Shown here piece after piece: positions 53,701 to 64,000 of a stretch of 64,000 bases of DNA. Both the position numbers and the translations under genes were made by a program. The notes under the pieces are model-generated. The model saw only the letters and a list, made by a program, of their open reading frames with translations, was not told the origin of the DNA and ran no database searches. Within the stretch, counting starts at the first letter, position 1. Each line of letters begins with the position of its first letter. This DNA is from Macrostomum lignano (Eukaryota), in NCBI GenBank assembly GCA_002269645.1, contig NIVC01001207.1, positions 271,667 to 335,666 on the forward strand. The letters are read 5' to 3'.

Positions 53701-56700
53701 ATCAGAGCAGCTCAGGGCCGCCCTGAGTTGGACGTCCTGCTGTGGTCAACTTTGTTTTTCTCCCAAACATCGGTAGCGGGGATCGGAGAAGAGGGAGGAG
53801 GGGGGAGACTTAATGACGAGCAGACGAGCCGATCAAGATAAATTGCTGCTTTTCCTGCCCAGTGTTTCTTTGCCTTGAGATCCGTATTATAGCCGTGGCT
53901 AAAAGAAGATTCTGTCATTAAACAATTCTCATATATCTGCAAGCAGAGACCTCGGCTGACAGCTCGGCTTGAGCCTGGCCATGAAAAAGCAACTCAGTGA
54001 CTGACTCAGGGACGGTCCCGAACTCTTTCCCTCCCGATCGGCCTCTGACAACCCCTCCCCCTTCTAATCGAGGCCGAGAATCTTGCGACAAAAACATGAA
54101 AAATTCATTAACAAACGCCTGGCACGGGGTTAGAAAAAATCTCATTTGACTTATTGCTCTGGCCATTTACTTACTACACAGCAATGCCTGCCGAGCCATC
54201 ATCATTCAACTTTCAGTTGGTCTAGAAATTCAATTGTGCTGCCTTATTCATATCTTTAGTCTCCGTTTCTTTATTCTTGGAGATTTTAAATGAGCCGAAT
54301 AAATAACATCGGCTCCGTTTGGTCCTTTTTGTGTGCTGTGACGGCGAGAAAGCTCAAAATGATGGCATTTCTCCATCCCCGCCCGGATATATCTTTTTAT
54401 TTCTTTTTTTTTCATGGCTATACAGAAATTTAATGGCCCCTCCCGCTGGGCGAGCATTAACAGCGGGTGACAAGTGTTTCCAAGGCATCGGTGGGGTTAG
54501 GGAAGACAAAGTGGCTGCTGGAGTAACCAAGGCCTATTGCCCGATCCCCTAATTGACATCCCCTATCTATATCTGTATAGATAATTCAGATGTTTCACCA
54601 TCAGCTTGTGTTTGTTTCTTTAAAACAAAGCCTCAAGAAGGCGAACACAAAAACACACTGGCAGGGAAGACCCCAAGCACTTATCGACCTCGCTGTTGCG
54701 TGATCGCGGGGCGAAATCCAGGCTCTTGCTGAGCTCAGCGGCACGATGGAGCCGATCTGTGCCGCATGGTGCCCCGTTTCGGGTTATGGAAGCCAGCAAT
54801 GGCTGAGGGGTTTAAACAAAGAGGACTCACTGACTCCTACAGCAACAACAAGAACTCAGGACAGGGTTTCAGAGTGTCAAACAGCTCGATTGTGAGAGTT
54901 TTAGTTGGCGTCACCCTTACGAGAAGGGCGCACAAGAAACGGGACAAGGCGGAGCGGATGACCCGGACTTAAGTGGGAGACTGACTAGGGAGGAGCCTCC
55001 TCGTCGCTTCATTTTTGCTGGTGGGCGTGCCGAAACCCGCGCCAAGGCCCTGAGCCTCGTGCCTTCAAGCCGCCTACCGCGCCACCTGGAGGGCGCCGCG
55101 CGCGCGCAACAGGGGGGGGGGGGTTGGTGTGAGGCTGGTGCGTGAGGCTCGAGTTCGTGACCTCTACGCCTTACTTTCCCTTTCTTCTCCAGCTCGGCTA
55201 TCCTCTGCAGCTAATTCGACTTGCTGTCGGAGTCCCCCTGCCACGATTTCAGATCTGTCAGCCTCGTAAATATCACAGGGTAATTTCAATAGGGCCTATG
55301 CAATATATTATGAAAGCCAGCAGGAGCAGCATGCTCAGCAATATTGCGAAAGCGGAAAGCGAGGAGTCCGCAGTTGTGCTCGGCTGGGCAATCGGTCGGT
55401 CATAAACAAGACATTCGATGGCCCCCCTCGCGTTCCAAGCATCATCTTCCACCTTGTAATTAGTGCCTTTGGACGGACAGATTTGGACAATAATTTCATT
55501 TTCATGGCCGCGATGGCTCATGGCTTGATTCAGGTTTTACTGTCCCATCGCGGGAGGAGAGGGAGACAAAATCAGAAGAGTTTTACTCTCAGGAGCACTT
55601 GCCATAATCCACTCACTGACCTGTACAGGATTAGCTGGTACCAGCGCCAGTGATATATAGACAGGCCAGCGGGACTGCATAGTGTCCTCTAGAAGAGAGA
55701 CTCCAGCAGCAGCAGCAGCAGCAGCGTGCGGACCAAAAGCGCGACTACCCTGATTTTCTGTCCCCCACCCAGTTCATCTCTTCTATCTCTTGCTGAGTCC
55801 TGCAGTCTTTCAGGCCCCGAATCGGCAAACTGGGCAAACAGGGGGGGGCAGCAGAGGACTCTGGTAGGCCGAGTGTTGACCCAGCGCGCAAGATCGTTGG
55901 GAGTTTGTTAGCCAGAGTAAATCCCGATTTCCCTCTCGCTTCTTTTCGCCTCTCCTGCAACCCTCAATCTCTTTCCCATCCTGAGCCTCTCGCTGTCTGC
56001 TGCTCACTTGATCCCAGGGGTGGTGGGGGCGCCAGAAACTCAAGGCGGAGGATTCAAAATTTGCTTCCTCAACGCGTTGCGCCCAGCCTCTGCTTCCAGA
56101 CGGCTTCCGCTTCTTTCCATGAAGTTTTCTGGCAATTCCCCCGCTTCATCCTGTTGCTCACTTCAGCCTCCTCGCATTGTTGGCTTTGGAGAGTTCCGCT
56201 TCTTTTTTCTGTTGATCTTCCGCGAGGCCCCATTGTTTTCTCTCGGGCTGCTGCCCCCAGCCCTCATTTCCTCGGGCTCCGCTTTGCCGTCACAAGGAGG
56301 GACCAACAGTGAAGCTGGTCTAATTGGCCGAATCAGTTTGAAAGATCAGCTGCATCAGAATTGGCATGCGGGTCCGGCATTGTTCACTAATGATTTCAAT
56401 TGGATTAATTAAGCATCATAAAAATTTATTGTCTTCACTGAACCTCCGCCAGGATCCGGTCAGATCCAGCTGTGGCAGTTCCTGCTGGAGCTGCTGTCGG
56501 ACAGCCGCAACTCCAGCTGCATCATCTGGGAGGGCACCAACGGCGAGTTCAAGCTGTCCGACCCGGACGAGGTGGCCAGACGCTGGGGCGAGCGCAAGTC
56601 CAAGCCCAACATGAACTACGACAAGCTGAGCAGGGCGCTGCGCTACTATTACGACAAGAACATCATGTCCAAGGTGCACGGCAAGCGCTACGCCTACAAG

Positions 56701-57060
56701 TTCGACTTTGCCGGCCTGGCTCAGGCCATGCAGCCGGCAACAGCTGACCCGGCCGCTTACAAGTACCAGTACCAGCAGGACCTGCTCAGCTCCGGCTACT
56801 TCACGGCCGCCAACTCAAAGTTCAACCTGATGAACGCCCAGATGCACAGCGCCGTTGCTATGGCCGGACCGCCGCCTGGCAACGGACTGTTTCCAGCCTC
56901 CGCTCCGCATCATCACTATTGGAGTCCGCAGCCTAGCGGCGGCTCAATCTATCCCAACATTCCGCCGCCGCCTCCGCCGCCAGCCGCCGGCTCCCTGTAC
57001 TCAAACATGCCGAGCCATACAGCCAGCTCACACCTGCCCAGCGCGCACTATTACAACTGA
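50745..57060 (+). CDS. ERG: ERG/FLI1/FEV-family ETS transcription factor, ~290 aa as modelled; exons 50745-50835, 52248-52421, 56453-57060
   Basis: The terminal exon (high confidence) encodes [18 protein letters not shown]...[45 protein letters not shown] plus ERG/FLI-type C-terminal motifs YKYQ, YWSP..GSIYPN and SHLPSAHYY. The upstream exons ([14 protein letters not shown]...MFP-G; GYGSSPL...Gly-rich...HWRPQ-G) have consensus sites and all phase-1 junctions, but are moderately confident. Confidence 0.85.
52468..53200. repeat. Intronic G-rich degenerate minisatellite, ~17-18 bp unit GGATCTGGGGAGATT(T/C)(G) (ETS intron 2)
   Basis: About 40 degenerate copies, starting ~45 nt after the donor at 52422. 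Confidence 0.93.
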
Positions 57061-57754
57061 GGCAGCGGCTGGCCCCACAATTGGATTGACACACAGACAG
57101 ACAGAGAGAGACAAATTAATCGTTTTCAACCTTGAAAATTCGCTGCTTACCTTATCTTATTTACTAAATTGTGTGCAGTACTTTGCTTACCTGTAGTCAA
57201 GTGAATGCTTTTTGTCCTTTTCCATCTGTCTTGTCCTGGTCTCTTGAGCTCCTGTCTGGATCAGTAGCTGACACTTCTTGTCCCCAACAGTGCTTACTGA
57301 TATACAGAATGAGTCGGGTCGGGAGTTCTGAAATTCGACAATCACAAGAAGGTCCAGTGTCTGTGCTTTAGTTTTGTGACCCCTCACTGACCATCGTGGA
57401 ATTATCATATTTAATTGTTTTTTTTCAATAGGAGTTCAATTTCTGCTTGCTTTGCCCACCACTGAGCTTGCGGACCTGTTGTGACCGTCTCGTGGAAACC
57501 AATGAACCCTCGCCCAGTGTCTCCCATTGCGACTCTCGTGTAAATACAGATGGGCTGGTAGGAGTAACCTACCTGCCTGATCAATGAATATATAGCTGTA
57601 ATTAAATGTGCGCGAGCATCAGTACGGTATTTGTGATTGGCAATATAAATCAATAACTAATGCAACGCCACACACTGGCCAATTTGTCAATGCTTTTCGT
57701 TTTTTGGCAAAATTCGCTTCAATTTTTATTCAGACTTGTTAGTTTACTAAGTCT

Positions 57755-58148
57755 GCTTGTCACTCCATATATTCCGAGTCTACTCGTCACTCCATATATT
57801 CTCAGTCTACTCGTCACTCCATATATTCCGAATCTACTCGTCACTCCATATTCCGAGTCTGCTTGTCACTCCATATATTCTGAGTCTGCTTGTCACTCCA
57901 TATATTCTCAGTCTACTTGTCACTCCATATATTCTCAGTCTACTCGTCACTCCATATATTCCGAATCTACTCGTCACTCCATATTCCGAGTCTGCTTGTC
58001 ACTCCATATATTCTGAGTCTGCTTGTCACTCCATATATTCTGAGTCTGCTTGTCACTCCATATATTCTGAGTCTGCTTGTCACTCCATATATTCTCAGTC
58101 TACTTGTCATTCCATATACTCAGAGTCTACTTGTCACTCCATATTCTG
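57755..58148. repeat. Tandem minisatellite, ~27 bp unit GCTTGTCACTCCATATATTCTGAGTCT
   Basis: About 14 copies with 25-27 bp variants. Confidence 0.94.
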
Positions 58149-58904
58149 GTTCAAGATCTCCGTGCGCGGTGGCGTCAAGAGAAAGCAGGTGACTTCTGCT
58201 GTCTCCCCTCTGCATCAGTTCTTGAGCTGCTTGACTCCCTCGCTCCATTGAAACAACAAGAGACTCGCTGTTGCTCAGACAGACGCGCAGACTCACCCCA
58301 ATCTCCATCAGAGGCTGCACCTGTTGCCAGCCAAGTGTCTGGCAATGCCACTCTGCCGTGTCGCGAAGCTGTGCCATGGGCTTGGCTGGCGAGAACTGGG
58401 CTCAGGGGGGATCGAGGCCTCGCACCCAGGCTAGCAGGCTAATTACTCTAAACAACACTCCAATCCCATCGAATTATCCTCAGTTCGCTTGAATCCCAAG
58501 AGCTCCCAGGCTGTATACGCTCCATTCAATGGGATCAGTCAGTCAGTCAGTGAGGATCGCAACGTTTTTAAAACATGAAGAGGCAAAATATCCCCGAAAC
58601 AGCCAAGCCCCCCCCCCTCTTTAATCGGTCTCGGCCGGATACGACACGCGTGTCGAATCCCTTGCGCTTCAGAGAGCGTCTCGGCGAACAATTTCAAATC
58701 CAGCCTTCGAGTGTGGCTGGAAACAATGGCTGCGAAAGCCGGCAAGCGGGGCTAAGCGAGAAATTGATGGCGGCAGAAGTGGCGGCGGCTGCGGCGGCTG
58801 CGTCACTGGCTTTGGGCTCTGAAGCTCGGTCTCCGTTTCATGCCTGTTTGAGTCTTTGTTGCACGGCTGTTCGGAGCGTGTCTCATCTCTATCCTACTGC
58901 ATTC

Positions 58905-59895
58905 TCCCCGTCTCTCCCCGTCTCTCCACGTCTCTCCCCGTCTCTCCCCGTCTGTCCCCGTCTCTCTCCGTCTCTCCCCGTCTCTCCCCGTCTCTCCCCG
59001 TCTCTATCCGTCTCTCCCCGTCTCTCCCCGTCTCTATCCGTCTCTCCCCGTCTCTCCCCATCTCTATCCGTCTCTATCCGTCTCTTCTCGTCCCTCCCCA
59101 TCTCTCCCCGTCTCTCCCCGTCTCTCCCCGTCTCTATCCGTCTCTCCCCGTCTCTCCCCATCTCTATCCGTCTCTATCCGTCTCTTCTTGTCCCTCCCCA
59201 TCTCTGCCCGTCTCTATCCGTCTCTATCCGTCTCTCTCCGTCTCTATCCGTCTCTCCCCGTCTCTATCCGTCTCTCCCCGTCTCTATCCGTCTCTCCCCG
59301 TCTCTCCCCATCTCTATCCGTCTCTATCCGTCTCTTCTCGTCCCTCCCCATCTCTGCCCGTCTCTATCCATCTCTCCCCGTCTCTCACCGTCTCTATCCG
59401 TCTCTCCCGTCTCTATCCGTCTCTATCCGTCTCTATCCGTCTCTATCCGTCTCTCTCCGTCTCTATCCGTCTCTCCCCGTCTCTATCCGTCTCTCCCCGT
59501 CTCTATCCGTCTCTCCCCGTCTCTATCCGTCTCTCCCCGTCTCTATCCGTCTCTATCCGTCTCTATCCGTCTCTTCTCGTCCCTCCCCATCTCTGCCCGT
59601 CTCTATCCGTCTCTCCCCGTCTCTATCCGTCTCTATCCGTCTCTATCCGTCTCTATCCGTCTCTCTCCGTCTCTATCCGTCTCTCCCCGTCTCTCCCCGT
59701 CTCTCCCCGTCTCTTTCAGTCTCTCCCAGTCTCTCCCGTCTCTCCGTTTCTCCCCATCTCTCACTGTCTCTCCGCATCTCCCCCGTCTCTCACCGGCTCC
59801 CCGTCTCTCCCCGTCTCTCCCCATCTCTCCCGCCTCTCCCCGTCTCTCCCCGTCTCTCCCCGTCTCTCCGCATCTCTGCGTCTCTCCCTATCTCT
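58905..59895. repeat. Pyrimidine-rich 10 bp minisatellite CCGTCTCT(CC/AT)
   Basis: About 100 degenerate decamers. It explains the S/P/L-rich 454, 445 and 251 aa ORFs in the track. Confidence 0.96.
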
Positions 59896-62800
59896 CAGAA
59901 TCCTTCATTTTCTGTACACAATATTCTCCCACCAATTAATTGATATTTCCATATTCCTAAGCACGAAACTTATGATACTCGCACTATTAAAAAAACTTGC
60001 ATGTGTTTCATCGAAAAAAATTGCAGCCAACAAAACAGACAGGCAGCCCGCCATCTTGATCGGCACAAGACCCAGCCGACTCGCACAATGGCCACAGAGT
60101 CTGCAGAAGCAACAGATCGGTCTGCAGTTTTTTCACTGCATCCCCCATTTCCTTCCTTCCTTAGACCGGCCTCGTGGCATCCCAGCCTCTTGAGTTGTTT
60201 CAAGTGGCGATGAAGTGGACTCGGCTCCGAGGCTTGAGTAGGCTAAGAAGGACTCCGAATGGTTTTAACGGGTAGAAGAGGCTGCTAGTTGACCCTCGGC
60301 GTCAGTAGCTGGAGAAAAACTCACCCAGCTCAGCATTCCAGCTTAGAAGACAAAAAGCAGACTCTGAGCCACCGCAGGATGAAGAAGGGGTTGCCGAAGC
60401 GCTTCCGATGCTGACAGTTTTTCTTCATCCCTCAGCCTGGGGTTGGCGGGATGGTGGGGAGAAAACTCCTCACAAAACACCCCCCTTCCCAACCATACCC
60501 AGGTTTTTTTTCAAACAATAACAATGACACAACAGGCAGGCAAGGCCTCACAGCCGCAGACAATGGGAGGGAGAGAGTTGGACGACTTCCTGTTTGTAGG
60601 TTCGCTCGGCCATTGTCTGCGAGGCATGGGGATCATGGAATCCTGTAGACCAGGTCCTGTCCATCAGCGAGCGAGTTGCCGGCGGCGGGCGCATTAGAGA
60701 AGGCAGAGACGGAGAGGGTGGCGGGTAGCGAGAGAGAAAGAAACAGAGGAAATGAGAGGCCAAGGACTGGCGGTTGAAGCGAAAATATTTCCCCTTCTTC
60801 GTCGCTCGCCTTCGCGACGTCAAAGCGACGAATATGCATAATTTATGCAAATCGCCACGGCAACCGACACGCTATTCGGGGTCAAGTAGGGCTCGGAGGA
60901 ATGGAATGGGGGAACAGCAACTGGACAGATAAATGATGGGGCGAGAGGCAATAATGGACAATGGACGACATTTGAGAAGCGGGCGGAAGCCGGCTACAGG
61001 ACTGGGGGGGGGGGGGGGTTTCTAGTCAGTTTTTATTATTAAAAACAGTTGCCAGCCAGCCTGACCGCCGAACGAGCGATCGAGCAAAAGGTTAAGAAAG
61101 AAACTGAGAGAGCATATACGACTCGCAGATCGAGCCGAGGCCGCCAGACTGTCGAGTGTTTGTTTTAATCCCTCCACTAGTTGCATAGAAATTCTGGAGA
61201 GATAAGGAGGGGCCGGTCAAGTTTTCATTGGGTTTATCGTCCCAGCTATAAGGCTGAATTCAGGTAAGCAACAGATGGGGCAGCCTGCAAAGCTCAGCGT
61301 CTCACTCAGTCAGCTGAGCTAAAGTGCCCGCCGCGTGACTGCCAGACACCAGCCTGGGATTAAGAGGCTCGCAAACTGAAGTTTTAATTTATTCAAAAAG
61401 AACGCACAATTGTCTCCGCAGTAACCTGGACGTCAGCAACTGCTTGATTGATTCTCAGGGCAACATTTCTTCTCTCTACTGAATTTTTAAGAACAGCAGC
61501 CTGTCTCGCCACCTTTGTCTGCTGGAAAAATACCGGTCAGGAAGTTCCCTTTGAACAGCTCACCAGGAAGATCTAATTAACTCACAGAGAGAGAGAGGGG
61601 AGAGTTTTCAGGAAATATTTCTCATCCTGTTTTTCTGCGGACAACTCGGAGAGCTGCGCGGCTACTCGACCGAGAGCTTCGGCTTCAAGGAGCCGCCGCC
61701 TGGCGGACTTCCCCCGTCCCAATCTGCAAATCAAAGCCGATGGGAGGACAAAGAGACTCGCCCAGTCGAAACGGTGCCTCATTTCCCCTGAAGAGGATGT
61801 TTATTACCCTTCATCCTTGAGCTTTGGCGCAATTTTCAAAAGCTGATTAGCCTCGGAATCCCCTCCCCTCCGCCCAGGTGACTTATCGCTGTAATTAGGC
61901 CTGGAGACGGCGCTCCCGAGGCAGCTAATTGCGCGGACAAATTCTTTTGCTTGACAAGAGCTGCTTCTGAATCCGTGAAAGAGAAAATTTCTTTTGCAAA
62001 AGAATTCAGCAAATTGGCAGTGGGGATTACCCACCCCGCCCCAACCACCCCAGCTCCTCAAATTGCAGATGGCCCGCTAAAGCTTAAGAGAGTTACTGTC
62101 AGGATTGAGATCTCCAAGGCAGAATGGTTGAGCTCAGACACCTGTACGCCTTGATCACAGATGGATAATAGGGGCGCGAGCTTGGAGTTGTCCAAGTTTA
62201 ATAGAATTTTCCGCATGCCCGACGCCCGAGATGAAGGATATTATCGATGATGAGGCAAGAATTAGGGGAAATCGCCTCAGGGGGTAAACGGAGAATAGTT
62301 CTCCTCAACGAGACTCAAAATGATGACGCAGTATAAGGATGCTGGATTCCGGGAGAGGGGTGAATTGGTGGATTTTAGAAACAGTCGCGGGGGGAGGCGT
62401 CACACTGACACGTGCCCGCCGAGCTGGAGTGGGTCCGGCGGTCCACTACTCTCCGAGAACTCGGCAATTGAAAAACTTCTCTAAAACCGCTGCCCCAGTC
62501 TGTGAGCAGTATATACAGAGTAGGCAATGTCCGACTGTCCCGTTCACCATCAAACCGGCCAACCTTTATCTGCTGCTCAAAAGTATTCCTATACCGGTTA
62601 GTTGGAGCCTGCTCGACCCACACCTCCGAGTGACTTTCAGAAGTGGCCTCCTTCAAACCCTAATGGGACTCAAGAGGTGGCGGGAGAGGCTGAGAGGGGA
62701 TGAGAGGTGCGAGGGTCATCAGCACTGGAGGTGGGCATCTTCCCCCCGCTTCAGTTGACTGAGAACTGAGCTGGTCTAGCTCTGAGTGTCTGTGCAAAAA

Positions 62801-63220
62801 AATTAATTTCCAGCACACGTACAAGCCATTGAATGCGTACCTGGGCTGCTGACAGCCAGACAGCATTGATCGCATTTTATTGCTGCGCCGGTTGAAAGAA
62901 GCGACCCGAGAATTCAATGAAAAACTGTAGCATAATCCCAATGAGCCTAGCCCTTCTCCACTGATCCTCGCGGAAGCTGAGCTTTTTCTGGTCTTCCCAC
63001 TGCATCCACAGCTCCTCCTTTTGAAACTGACACACAAATGAAACTTCCGCAGTTGCAGAAATTTCTTTAGTATAGAAAAAAACTTAACACAACGGAATAG
63101 CATGCAAACTTCCGCTGCAGTTCATTGTCAGTACCCATTGTTGGGACCCCGGGGTGGGTGTCAACACTTTTGGGTAAATTTTCGAGCAATAAGGTATGTA
63201 GTGTAACCTGTGTGTTAAAT

Positions 63221-63705
<485 letters not shown>

Positions 63706-64000
63706 GGTGAATCTGTTCATTCCTGACACTCATTGTGTTTCAACTCAACGCCATTCCGACAGGGTCGGAAGCCCATCAAGCATCAATTTCTTGCGGCTTG
63801 AGCTTGAAGCAAACTGATCGCAGGAAATGATGAGCGCCCGGTGACATGCTTTCACACAATCCACACAGCCCAGGTAAAAAACTGTTCAGCACGAATGATC
63901 CGCCCTCCTAATTTGAGCAGGATGGCACCATGACAGCCTGAGCCGCCCTGCTGCGGCTGTTGCCAAGCGGAAGCAGGAAATACCGCAGGATGCGGCAGAT

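Noticed and set aside
55273-55521. 82-aa minus-strand ORF with a hydrophobic C-terminal stretch
   Set aside because: No homology, splice context or codon bias support. It lies antisense within the ETS intron and is compatible with chance.
58575-60193. 454/445/251-aa Ser/Pro/Leu-rich ORFs
   Set aside because: They are produced by the pyrimidine-rich 10-bp array, which lacks stop codons on the plus strand.

Overview
This is eukaryotic (animal) genomic DNA, not prokaryotic. It has GT-AG spliced genes with GC-rich exons carrying poly-Q and poly-G tracts, and introns largely filled by minisatellites. That style resembles a free-living flatworm such as Macrostomum, which is inference only. Reconstructed genes, in order: the last two exons of an unidentified gene (+), an intronless cyclophilin B-type PPIase (-), CNDP2 dipeptidase (+, 4 exons), RFC4 (+, 4 exons), MEF2 (-, 3 coding exons), two exons of an unidentified acidic protein just upstream of MEF2 (-), a cytosolic ferritin (+, 2 exons), a SoxF-like HMG-box gene (+, 2 exons) and an ERG/FLI1-family ETS gene apparently lacking a PNT domain (+, 3 exons proposed). 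Mobile DNA: a ~1.1 kb foldback-like element, a TA-flanked Tc1/mariner MITE, a hAT MITE with a perfect 8-bp TSD, a decayed Mutator (MULE) transposase, an RTE-like LINE interrupted by an antisense RNase H-bearing I/Ingi-group LINE, and a tRNA-derived CORE/Meta-like SINE. About 18 tandem arrays are present, and most long ORFs in the supplied track are artefacts of them. Main leads: (1) a 3.25 kb block around the dead MULE with only 2 CpGs, where lesions are consistent with CpG deamination (one hits a catalytic Asp codon), suggesting element-targeted methylation; (2) an operon-like poly(A)-then-TTTTCAG junction between the unknown acidic gene and MEF2; (3) several dispersed minisatellite arrays sharing one sequence core; (4) MEF2, SoxF and ERG clustered within ~37 kb. 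All alignments and family calls were made by eye, without database searches.
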